From contig QKEH01000008.1 in assembly GCA_003252385.1 (NCBI GenBank), forward strand, positions 7,967 to 71,966: a DNA stretch of 64,000 nt, in the 5' to 3' direction. Position numbers and translations under genes: made by a program. Below, in pieces: positions 27,377-37,912 of the stretch; the first letter of the stretch is position 1; every line of letters begins with the position of its first letter. The notes beneath the pieces were generated by a model. The model had not been told where the DNA came from, did no database searches, and saw only the letters and a list, made by a program, of their open reading frames with translations. This stretch comes from Bacteroidota bacterium. Lineage in GTDB: Bacteria; Bacteroidota; Bacteroidia; Bacteroidales; UBA10428.

Positions 27377-30300
27377 TTAATACTGAAACTCCTGATAGGT
27401 CTCGCCATCGCGACTCTTTACCTGCGATTCAAAATACTGCCCCGAAGTAGGTATTCCATTGTCGGAATATTCCACCCCTCCCCAGCTGAACTTCACTTTT
27501 CGGAATTCCCGGGCCTCTCCCCCGCGAATAACCACATAACGGTATGTGGTACTGTTCTTCTCGGTGTGCACCTCCATGGTAACCCCAACCGGGTAATCGC
27601 TCTTCAGCTGGTTCAGGTACTTGTCGCGTTCGCTGTCGTTGGCAAATTTCAAACTGGCCAGTTTCGTTGCCGAAGCTGGTTTGGATTTAGCGGCTGTAGC
27701 TGTATTACTTTGGGTATTCTGCTCAATTTGCTTCTGACGGGCAACCAACACCCGTTCAAATTGGGCAATTTTCTGCAAACGTTCCTGCGGATAGGATTCA
27801 CCGGGCTTCATCGCCTGCGCTTCGGTATAGGCCGCTTTTGCTGCATCGTATTCCTGCTTATCGAAAGCCTGATCGGCGCGCTGCACGGTTTGCGTGTATT
27901 TCAACTCCATGGCAGCCTTATCCTGCTTTTCCTTTTCCGCCTGAGCCAGTAAGGCATCTATCTTTACCACCTGTGCTTTGGGATAGGCTTCCCCACTCTT
28001 CAATGCCAGCGCACTTTGATAGGCCTGTTTGGCAGTTACCCAGTCATTTAGCCCAAAGGCTTTGTCGCCGCGTTCCAATTCGGCCGTATATCTCTGATCC
28101 AATGCCTTCTGCTCATTGGCCAAATGCAACTGTTCGGCCACCAATCCGTCAATTCGGGTGATTTGAGTTTTGGGATAAACTTCCTGGGGTTTAAGGGCTG
28201 AAGCCTTTTGATAGGCAGATTTTGCCTGTTCGAGCTGGTTGACTGCCATAAAATCGTCGGCCTGCTGAACTGTTTGATTGTATTGTGCATCCAGTGCCTT
28301 TTGCTGAGCAACAGCCTGTTCCCGGAGTCGAACTTTCTCATCGATTTCGGTCATCTTCTGGCGCGGATAGGTCTCGCTGGCTTTCAGGGCAAGAGCGCGT
28401 TCGTAAGCAGCCCGGGCTTTGGTATAGTCTCCCAATTCCAAAGCCTGATCAGCCTGAGAAATGTACTGGGTATACTGCTGATCCAATGCCTTCTTCTCAT
28501 TCTCGGTACGAAGTTGTTCGGCCAGCAAAGCATCCACTTTAGCCACTTGCTGTATACAATAGTTATCATCGGGTTTGTACCCCATCGCTTTTTGGTACGA
28601 CAATTTTGCCTCCTCGTAACGTTTCATGGCCATCAGGTTATCCGCTTCCTGCAGGGTGCGGGTGTACTGTGCCTCACGTTGTTTTTTGGCTTCGGCCTGG
28701 TTCCTTTGATCTTGTTCAATGCGATCCAGCTCAGCTATTTTCTGCCGCGCCACCGCGTGCGATGCATCCATTGCCAGTAGCTGCTGATAGGCCGCCCGTG
28801 CCTCCACATAGTTTTTTGCTGCCAGGAACTGATCCGCCTTTGCTGCCAGATCATTCAACTGTTCCTTTTTCTGCTTTTCGGCAAGTAACTGGTCAATTTC
28901 GGCCATGCGGCTGCGTGGTGCCGATTGCTCCGGAAAAAGAGCAGCCGCCGATTGGTATTTAGCCTTGGCCTGTTCGTAATTCTTTTGAGTATATAAATTA
29001 CCCGCTTCAGCCAGCAGGCTTTCATATTCGCGCTGCCTGGTCTGTTCTGCTGCCTTTTGCTTCTGAGCCATAGCCAGTTTTTGCTCGGCAGCTGCCAGTT
29101 TACTTTGCGCCACCGGGTCGTTGGGTTTTTGTAATAAAGCCTGCTTGTAAACCCCAATGGCTTGTTCGTACTGGTTGGCACTTACCAGGTTGTCACCGTT
29201 ATCCAACGCATCGCTGTACTGTTTCTCCAAGGTTTTTTGACGGGCTGCCGAAGCCGAGGCCTGCATGCTGCGCGCCTTATCTACCTGTTTTTTAGCATAG
29301 CTGTCATTGGGGTCGAGTTGTAACGCCTTTTGGTAAGCTGCTGCAGCTCCCTCATAATCCTTATTGGCGAGCAGTGCATCCCCTTCGTCCAAGGCCGTTT
29401 CAATCTGCTTTAGTTGTTGGGCTTTGCGGGCATTTGCCTCCGCCTGGTTCCGGCTTTCTTCCTGGGTCTGTGCTTCGCGGTATTTGTCGCGTGCCAAACT
29501 TTGGTCGGGACGTAACCCCATGGCACGCTGGAATTGAGCTTTAGCCGTTGCATAATCGCCCTGAGCCATGGCGTTTTGTCCCATGGCCAATGCCTCCGAG
29601 TACGCTTTGTCGGCAGCTGCCCGGTCGGTCGATTCCTGTTGTTGCTGGGCGATCAGCGGAACCATTTCGGCACTCTTTTGCTTAGGCAGAGTAGCATCGG
29701 GTTTTACCAGTGCCGCCTGATCGTAAAACTTCTTTGCCGTAACATAATCCTTCGAACTTACTGCTGTATTGGCCTGAGCTATTAATTGGCTGTATTCCTG
29801 ATCCTTTTGAGCTTGTGCCTGAGTAGCAGCAGTCTGCTTTTGAAGGATCTGATCAATTTCGCTGATCCGGCTTTGCACCTGGGAATCGGGCTTTACCCGT
29901 AATGCCGCGTTGTATTTGGTGCGCGCAGCCGTGTAATTGCCTTCGGCAAAGAATTGGTCGGCTTCTGCCAATGCCTGTTCGAACATGGCTTCGTTCTGCT
30001 CGCTCGCACCAGCCTGGCGCTGTGCATCGGCATATTTTCGTGTGGCACTTTTATCGCCCGGGTATATCTCCAGGGCAGCCTCAAACCGATCCATCGCTTC
30101 GGAATAGTTACCCTGTTGTATCAGCTTGTTTCCTTCTTCCATGGCTTGCTGGTAATGATCCGACTGGCACTGGTCAATAGCCATGAGAAGCGACTCAATG
30201 CGCCCCCGCATTTTTGTGGTGTACGATTCGTCGGAAATAAAATCGCCCTGATTCGAGCTGAATTTCACCCGATCCACCGGATCGTTTAGCGCCGATGCAT

Positions 30301-30667
30301 CCACCCCTTCGCAACCCTGATAAAGACTCATGGCAAATTCCATAACCCATTTTCCGGTGATCTCTTGCGGCACTTCCGTATTAAAGGCAATCTTCTTGCC
30401 GTAGAAACCTTCCTTTTTTACATGAATCATGTACTCCGAATTTACATCAAGATCAAACCGAAATTCTCCTTTACGGTCGGAAACCCGTTTTTCCACCTCG
30501 GCACCGTTCTTATAAAGTACTACATCGGCATCCGTTATAGGCTGCATGTTATTTTCAACCGTGCATATTACCTGAAGCGAGGAAATCTGAGAATATCCTT
30601 GTAATGAAACGGTTACCAGAAAAAGAAAAAAGATAGAGTTTCGAAATAAACTACCGTTACGAATCAT
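27377..30667 (-). CDS. large secreted repeat protein: CarboxypepD_reg-like N-domain, about 13 tandem TPR-like helical repeats and a unique C-terminal domain
   Basis: Has a signal peptide IFFLFLVTVSLQGYSQ and a beta-sandwich-like segment VVLYKNGAEVEKRVSDRKGEFRFDL. A repeated unit follows: ...Y..A...Y..A.ALKP.E.YP...I..ID.LLA. The start is the ATG at 30667. Confidence 0.7.
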   Translation of the reverse strand: MIRNGSLFRNSIFFLFLVTVSLQGYSQISSLQVICTVENNMQPITDADVVLYKNGAEVEKRVSDRKGEFRFDLDVNSEYMIHVKKEGFYGKKIAFNTEVPQEITGKWVMEFAMSLYQGCEGVDASALNDPVDRVKFSSNQGDFISDESYTTKMRGRIESLLMAIDQCQSDHYQQAMEEGNKLIQQGNYSEAMDRFEAALEIYPGDKSATRKYADAQRQAGASEQNEAMFEQALAEADQFFAEGNYTAARTKYNAALRVKPDSQVQSRISEIDQILQKQTAATQAQAQKDQEYSQLIAQANTAVSSKDYVTAKKFYDQAALVKPDATLPKQKSAEMVPLIAQQQQESTDRAAADKAYSEALAMGQNAMAQGDYATAKAQFQRAMGLRPDQSLARDKYREAQTQEESRNQAEANARKAQQLKQIETALDEGDALLANKDYEGAAAAYQKALQLDPNDSYAKKQVDKARSMQASASAARQKTLEKQYSDALDNGDNLVSANQYEQAIGVYKQALLQKPNDPVAQSKLAAAEQKLAMAQKQKAAEQTRQREYESLLAEAGNLYTQKNYEQAKAKYQSAAALFPEQSAPRSRMAEIDQLLAEKQKKEQLNDLAAKADQFLAAKNYVEARAAYQQLLAMDASHAVARQKIAELDRIEQDQRNQAEAKKQREAQYTRTLQEADNLMAMKRYEEAKLSYQKAMGYKPDDNYCIQQVAKVDALLAEQLRTENEKKALDQQYTQYISQADQALELGDYTKARAAYERALALKASETYPRQKMTEIDEKVRLREQAVAQQKALDAQYNQTVQQADDFMAVNQLEQAKSAYQKASALKPQEVYPKTQITRIDGLVAEQLHLANEQKALDQRYTAELERGDKAFGLNDWVTAKQAYQSALALKSGEAYPKAQVVKIDALLAQAEKEKQDKAAMELKYTQTVQRADQAFDKQEYDAAKAAYTEAQAMKPGESYPQERLQKIAQFERVLVARQKQIEQNTQSNTATAAKSKPASATKLASLKFANDSERDKYLNQLKSDYPVGVTMEVHTEKNSTTYRYVVIRGGEAREFRKVKFSWGGVEYSDNGIPTSGQYFESQVKSRDGETYQEFQY
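27721..30110 (-). repeat. array of about 13 diverged in-frame tandem repeats (about 68-75 aa each) inside the 1099-aa gene
   Basis: The KP/YP-containing turn motif recurs 13 times: LEIYPGDKS, LRVKPDSQV, ALVKPDATL, GLRPDQSL, LQLDPNDSY, LQKPNDPV, ALFPEQSAP, LAMDASHAV, GYKPDDNY, LALKASETYP, SALKPQEVYP, LALKSGEAYP and QAMKPGESYP. Confidence 0.75.
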
Positions 30668-30716
30668 AGTGCACAAACTTAAGAGTCAACATACCTTCTA
30701 AAGTACAACAATTGGT

Positions 30717-32879
30717 TTAACGCAGACAAATAAATTTCTCAACCATGGTAGTACCCCCGTATTGAATTTGCACAAAATATACGCCACAAGCCCTGATAGA
30801 ATGCAGGTCAAGCCGAAGATTGCGCTCTGCATCAATATATTGATTCTCCAGCACACACCGGCCGTACACATCGAAAACTTTAACTCCCACATTGCTGTCC
30901 GGCGGGTCGGTAAATAATAACTGCAGAAAATCGTTGGCTGGGTTCGGATAAAGGGTGAGGCCGTTCTTCATAAAATCCGAAGATCCATCGTTGGTATGAG
31001 GGTAGTAGTCGAGTGCATGGGGAAAGATTCCCAGCGATGCCTGCAGTACCGATCGTCCTTCGCGCAATGGATACCAACCATCGTTATCGTGCATAAATGC
31101 CGAATTTTGTTCCACCTCCGTGGTAAGCACTACCGCAAAGGTATCAACAGGCGTGTGGTAATTAATTGTATAGCCCACATAGAAATTTCCATCAACCGGA
31201 ATCAGCGTATCCAAACGCAGGTAATTAGTTATACCCTCCTGAAATTCAGAAATATAAAATTTCTTTTCGAACAATACTCCGCCAGGGATATCGTTATTAC
31301 CTTCACGAATTACCAGGTTAAGATACGATTCCGACGATGCCGCATACGCTTTTCCCACTTTCAGGGTAACGGCGTAAAGGTACTTGGTTCCATTGCGATA
31401 GAAATGCTCCAGGTAGCTTCGCGAAAAGCGGGCATTGTGTCCGGATGCATATCCCCAGGGGGCATAGGGTTTTAAATCATAACGCGCACCGGCTGCTCCA
31501 TTTTGCAGCAGCTCAAAAAGACCCGAAAAGGGATTGTACCCGTCAAGTTCGACCATATTTTTCTGGTTGGGATCCAGCCAACTTTGGAGTTCACTTTCCG
31601 CATCGCCCAGCGCATTCCAGGCAAAGGACAATTTTTGATAGTAATCGTTGATGTATTCACTACAGGCTATATCACCCCCGGATAAGAGGCCAATTACCTG
31701 GTTTTTCTCATTATACAACGCCGCACCCGACGAACCGGATTCGGTGGTTCCCAACTCGTAACGAGACACCTGCCAGGTGGGCAATTCATTCGAATAATCG
31801 TAGGCATTATCCTGATAAACATTGGAATCGACGGCTATCTTTTTTACATCGCCCTCCGGATGATGAATACTGTAAACCCGGGAAGGTATGCTATTGGAGA
31901 TGTTCCAGCCCGCATAAAGTGGATAGTACTGCACGGGAGGAAGTTCAGACAGTTCCAACAGGGCAAAATCCATGTCATCGCTTCGGGCTTTTAGGAAGGC
32001 ACCGGATATGGATTTGACCGCTTGTCCCTCAGGGCCATGGCAAAAAGGACTTTCGTAATCGAAAAGTATTACCGACCGATGCGCGTCGTATTCTTTCTGA
32101 ATGCAATGCCCTGCGGTTAAAAAATAGGGAATGCCTTGATTTCCATCTGAATTGATTAAGGTGCCGCTACAGTAGATCCCTGTGTCGTTGCGAACCGTGT
32201 AAAGGCGGCATGCCGCATATTTTTGGTTTTGGATCAGCGAATCGTGCAGGCAGTTGACATTCACATGGCACGATGCCGAGAGGCCAAAGCGGCCTTTATC
32301 GCTCCCGGCCCAGCCAACCCCTACGGAACTGACCTGAAGATCCGACCTTCGATCAACTTGTGCCGTTAGCTGAATTTCAATAATTACCGAATCGCCCGGC
32401 ATTGGCGCCAGGCTTAACATTTCGGTAGTTTTATTGTTCCGGAACGTAAAGGCACCATACACAACCGATACCGATGGATTGTACACAAATATTTTGCAGC
32501 CGGGTTGCAACCGGAACGACGAAAAGCTTAGAGCTAACGATGAGGCATGGGCTGCCACCAGCCCCAGATAACCCGTTTGTTCACCTTGGGATCCTGCAAT
32601 CCACGTGGCACGTTCAAAAACCGGAATCTGTACCTGGTACTCCTTTCCAATACGTGCTATTTTCCGATCGGTCGTCCCGGCCTGCACCATGGGTTCGAAG
32701 TAGTCGGCGTGGGGTAAGGAATAGTAAGAGAATAGGCGCTTTTCGGCCGGAAGGCCTTGTGGTGTTCCCGGTTGAAAAATCTGCGCAGCCAGAGGCGTTG
32801 TAAGAGCCATAAACAGAAGAACCAGTTTACGATGTACCGGATACCGATAAAGTAATTTTGGGAATAACACAAGCGACAT
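30717..32879 (-). CDS. S1-family (lysyl-endopeptidase-like) serine protease with a T9SS C-terminal domain
   Basis: Catalytic His context FLTAGHCI and Ser context TESGSSGAAL. The C-terminal LYPNPANDFLQLLF...GVYFVQIQYGGTTMVEKFICLR is a T9SS sorting domain. Confidence 0.8.
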   Translation of the reverse strand: MSLVLFPKLLYRYPVHRKLVLLFMALTTPLAAQIFQPGTPQGLPAEKRLFSYYSLPHADYFEPMVQAGTTDRKIARIGKEYQVQIPVFERATWIAGSQGEQTGYLGLVAAHASSLALSFSSFRLQPGCKIFVYNPSVSVVYGAFTFRNNKTTEMLSLAPMPGDSVIIEIQLTAQVDRRSDLQVSSVGVGWAGSDKGRFGLSASCHVNVNCLHDSLIQNQKYAACRLYTVRNDTGIYCSGTLINSDGNQGIPYFLTAGHCIQKEYDAHRSVILFDYESPFCHGPEGQAVKSISGAFLKARSDDMDFALLELSELPPVQYYPLYAGWNISNSIPSRVYSIHHPEGDVKKIAVDSNVYQDNAYDYSNELPTWQVSRYELGTTESGSSGAALYNEKNQVIGLLSGGDIACSEYINDYYQKLSFAWNALGDAESELQSWLDPNQKNMVELDGYNPFSGLFELLQNGAAGARYDLKPYAPWGYASGHNARFSRSYLEHFYRNGTKYLYAVTLKVGKAYAASSESYLNLVIREGNNDIPGGVLFEKKFYISEFQEGITNYLRLDTLIPVDGNFYVGYTINYHTPVDTFAVVLTTEVEQNSAFMHDNDGWYPLREGRSVLQASLGIFPHALDYYPHTNDGSSDFMKNGLTLYPNPANDFLQLLFTDPPDSNVGVKVFDVYGRCVLENQYIDAERNLRLDLHSIRACGVYFVQIQYGGTTMVEKFICLR

Positions 32880-33068
32880 GCCCGTTAGAAATTTTTATTC
32901 TTACAATGATAGTATTAATTTAAATACTTCACGACCTTTTAATTAACACCTGTCAGGTGTACCCATTGAAAGTCGGAACGTTTTAGCTGAACCGGTTCTG
33001 TACGATTTTATTGATTTTCCGAAAAACCGGCCTTCGCACACACCGCGGTAAATAATTATACAAAACCT

Positions 33069-33076
33069 TAATTTTG
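33069..33076 (+). promoter_or_regulatory. TAATTTTG -7 box (TAnnTTTG) candidate promoter
   Basis: An exact match to the Bacteroidota -7 consensus, in the AT-rich divergent region upstream of ORF 33216. Confidence 0.3.
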
Positions 33077-33162
33077 TGCATATTACAACAATTACCTAAT
33101 ATACTTCTACTGCGCTATACGAAAATGGCCTTTCTTACTTGTCTTTACATCAGAGTGCCGTT

Positions 33163-33177
33163 TGGCACTTAATTTGT
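33163..33177 (+). promoter_or_regulatory. sigma-54-like -24/-12 element TGGCAC-N5-TTGT, overlapping the palindrome AGTGCC-N4-GGCACT
   Basis: TGGCAC at 33163-33168 and TTGT at 33174-33177. The consensus is TGGCAC-N5-TTGC, so there is one mismatch in the -12 element. It lies about 40 nt upstream of the ATG at 33216. Confidence 0.3.
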
Positions 33178-33215
33178 TTAGAGCAAGTATCCCAAAAACT
33201 AAAAAATTGGAAACC

Positions 33216-33677
33216 ATGGCGCTTTTTCACACCCCTGATACCAATACCTATCCGCTTCCTCATCTACTTCAACAACACACATTCAAAGGCTTTTACTACG
33301 ACCATGATGAGAAAAATTACGAATTGATTCTGAATTGTAACCCCTACGAAGCAGGAATAACCCTAACCGCTACCGAAACCCACGGCTACACCAAAGTGGC
33401 TGAGTACTCACTCAAAGCGCATTCTTACCGGGTTGAACCCATTTCGCAAGATAAAGTTGGGATCGACCTGACCGCGGTTACGATCGAATGCAAATCGGAT
33501 GGGCCTTTGCCCAACCTTCCTGCCTGTTTTTCCATCTCATTACACTTACTTTCTCCTAAATCCATTTTTTTATCATTCCGTCACTACGACCAACTGCCTC
33601 TACCTCTGAACACCTTCGGCAGAGGACTGATTCTTTCGGTATGTGACAAAGCGTCATCTTACGGGCTGACTGCCTAA
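33216..33677 (+). CDS. hypothetical protein (153 aa), no recognisable motifs
   Basis: An open frame with an ATG at 33216 (the ORF track starts at a TTG at 33162). No family was recognised by eye. Confidence 0.4.
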   Translation: MALFHTPDTNTYPLPHLLQQHTFKGFYYDHDEKNYELILNCNPYEAGITLTATETHGYTKVAEYSLKAHSYRVEPISQDKVGIDLTAVTIECKSDGPLPNLPACFSISLHLLSPKSIFLSFRHYDQLPLPLNTFGRGLILSVCDKASSYGLTA

Positions 33678-33808
33678 ACCCACCCGTATCGGATTGTTAG
33701 TGAATTTCTGAAAACTCGGATTACCTTTTTTACAACGAACTTATCCGGATATTCTATTTTCGCAGTGACCCAATGGGAAAAGAAAGCCGCAAAGCAATTT
33801 GCAGGTGA

Positions 33809-35893
<2,085 letters not shown>

Positions 35894-36095
35894 AATGGAC
35901 GTGTGGAATTTGTTGGTTATGCCGAACGATCAACCGAACAACCAAGTGTCGGTTGGATACCGCTTGAAGCACTCCCAATCCGCTCCTACACTGCCACCAG
36001 GGAACCTGACGCTTGGTACGAATGCTTCCGGTCAACCGGCACCGAAGCCCCAACTGGTGAATTGCCTGAATAATCCGGCTGACAGCAAAAGAATC
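35894..36095 (+). other. coding-like-GC (about 52%) spacer with multiple stems; candidate structured RNA/leader or an 81-codon ORF (35895..36137)
   Basis: Complementary segments were read directly: 35931-35937/35949-35955 (7 bp). 35966-35978/36013-36028 (13 bp, with one mismatch and a 3-nt bulge). 35920-35924/36037-36041 and 35912-16/36050-54 (5 bp each). The ATG at 35895 opens a frame that ends in the ATGA overlap with the next gene. Confidence 0.3.
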
Positions 36096-36119
36096 AGCAT
36101 GGAATATCCATGCTTTTTT
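36096..36119 (+). terminator. intrinsic terminator hairpin AGCATGG-aatat-CCATGCT followed by a T-run
   Basis: A 7-bp perfect stem, a 5-nt loop and T6, located 15 nt before the ATG at 36134 and about 200 nt after the ligA stop. Confidence 0.6.
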
Positions 36120-36133
36120 CCTAAACTTGCATC

Positions 36134-36784
36134 ATGAAATTATTTGAGCAGATAAAAAGTTATTTTGGCGAACAGGCTCTGGCCTCACATCTGAAGAATC
36201 AGAAACGTGATGCCCGGATGTGCAATATCGATTCGGCTCAAAGTATTGGTATTCTCTTCAATGCAACCCATCTGGTCAGTTTCGAAATTGTAAAGGAATT
36301 AGCAAAAAACCTCGACAAAAAGGGGCGTACCATCGAAGTGTTGGGTTATGTGGACAGCAAACAGCTGATCGATCATTACCTGTATCGAAAAGGTTTCAAT
36401 TTCTTCACACGAACCCAGCTGAACTGGTACAACAAACCCGAGGACGAAAATATTGATACCTTTATCCGAAAGCCTTTTGATATTTTACTCGATCTGAGTT
36501 TAGACAATCCCTTCCCCATTAAATACATACTTGCCTGTTCGATAGCCAGGTTTAAAGCCGGCCGCTACACCGATGAGCAAATGTACCTCGATTTAATGAT
36601 TGATATTCAGAAAGAATTAGAAACCATGAGTACCATTAAGGATGAGCTTGAAAAAGACATCCGACAGGGAAAGAAAACAAACCGGGATGTTGAGAAAATT
36701 GTGGATAAAAAAGCTGAAACAGAAATTCAACTGAATTTTCTGATCAATCAACTGTTGCATTACCTTTCTATTTTAAAAAACTGA
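36134..36784 (+). CDS. conserved hypothetical protein, co-transcribed with dapA
   Basis: A 216 aa ORF ending 7 nt before dapA. It has a charged helical C-terminus and no recognisable catalytic motif. Confidence 0.55.
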   Translation: MKLFEQIKSYFGEQALASHLKNQKRDARMCNIDSAQSIGILFNATHLVSFEIVKELAKNLDKKGRTIEVLGYVDSKQLIDHYLYRKGFNFFTRTQLNWYNKPEDENIDTFIRKPFDILLDLSLDNPFPIKYILACSIARFKAGRYTDEQMYLDLMIDIQKELETMSTIKDELEKDIRQGKKTNRDVEKIVDKKAETEIQLNFLINQLLHYLSILKN

Positions 36785-36790
36785 GATTTT

Positions 36791-37669
36791 ATGACGGATA
36801 GTATTACCGGAACGGGAGTTGCCCTGGTAACTCCCTTTAATACCGATACTTCAATTGATACAGATGCACTTAGCCGCATTACCGAGCATGTGATCAGCGG
36901 AGGTGTGGAATACATAGTGGCATTGGGAACAACCGGCGAATCGGCCACCCTTACCCACGATGAAAAAAAGGTAGTGGTCAATACCATTCTGGAAACCACC
37001 CGAAAACGAGTTCCCGTGGTAATGGGCATAGGCAGTAATGATACAGCCAATATTATTAATACCCTGAAAAGCACCCGTTTCGATGGTATTTCCGGAATAC
37101 TGTCGGTAGCCCCTTACTACAACAAACCATCTCAAAAAGGTTTGTATGCCCACTTTGCTGCGGTTGCCAACAACACCTCTTTACCGGTTATTTTGTACAA
37201 TGTCCCCGGTCGCACTGCCAGCAATCTGGCGCCCGAAACCGTACTTCAGCTGGCCAAAGACTTTAAAAACATGGTGGCAGTGAAAGAGGCTTCCGGCAAC
37301 CTGGCACAGGTAATGCAAATTATTAAAAACCGCCCCAAGGGGTTCAAAGTACTCAGTGGCGATGACGCCCTCACCCTACCGCTAATCTTTCTGGGTGGCG
37401 ATGGTGTGATATCGGTTATCGCCAACTCACACCCACGTATTTTCTCCGACATGGTGCGCGCTGCACTTACCAAACAGTGTGACAAAGCCAACGAACTGCA
37501 CTATCGGGTGCTCGACTACATTTCAGCCCTTTTTGAAGAAGGCAGCCCAACAGGCATTAAAACCGCCCTGTCGCAAATGGGGCTTTGCCACGACACGGTT
37601 CGTTTACCACTGGTCAGCGCTTCCGAGGAGCTGAAAAAGAAAATAAAATCTCTTACACTAAACCTTTAA
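36791..37669 (+). CDS. dapA: 4-hydroxy-tetrahydrodipicolinate synthase
   Basis: Carries GTGVALVTPF, GTTGES.TL, YNVPGRT and VAVKEASG (Schiff-base lysine context) in a 292 aa protein. Confidence 0.92.
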   Translation: MTDSITGTGVALVTPFNTDTSIDTDALSRITEHVISGGVEYIVALGTTGESATLTHDEKKVVVNTILETTRKRVPVVMGIGSNDTANIINTLKSTRFDGISGILSVAPYYNKPSQKGLYAHFAAVANNTSLPVILYNVPGRTASNLAPETVLQLAKDFKNMVAVKEASGNLAQVMQIIKNRPKGFKVLSGDDALTLPLIFLGGDGVISVIANSHPRIFSDMVRAALTKQCDKANELHYRVLDYISALFEEGSPTGIKTALSQMGLCHDTVRLPLVSASEELKKKIKSLTLNL

Positions 37670-37673
37670 CCAT

Positions 37674-37703
37674 ACAACCGGCCAAATGCCGGTTGTTTTA
37701 TTT
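37674..37703 (+). terminator. intrinsic terminator after dapA
   Basis: ACAACCGGC-caaat-GCCGGTTGT followed by TTTTATTT. The stem is 9 bp and perfect. Confidence 0.75.
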
Positions 37704-37912
37704 CATGCCGCGAACAAATCTGGTCCTCATTAAAAAAACAGATTCTCATCCACGTTCGGCGACCACGCGTTTAATAAACCTGTTTTGTCGGTTTTTGATA
37801 CCAGATTGGATGTAACCTTGTCTTTTTAAATTGAGTAGAACTACCCAAATTACCATTACGCATAATAGGTCAGAATTCCCTAATTTTATATAAACATCAA
37901 CCCCCGAAAACC

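Noticed and set aside
35990-36015. A possible SRP (4.5S) RNA on the minus strand (GTCAGGTTCCCTGG)
   Set aside because: It lacks the conserved GGAA tetraloop/AGCA symmetric loop context of SRP RNA domain IV, so the resemblance is superficial.
35894-36133. Calling this region a lysine riboswitch outright
   Set aside because: Only loose similarities are present (CACCGAAGCC, CTGACA). The conserved AGAGGCGC/GAGUA core of the L-box and the expected helix spacing are absent. It is kept as an unclassified candidate only.
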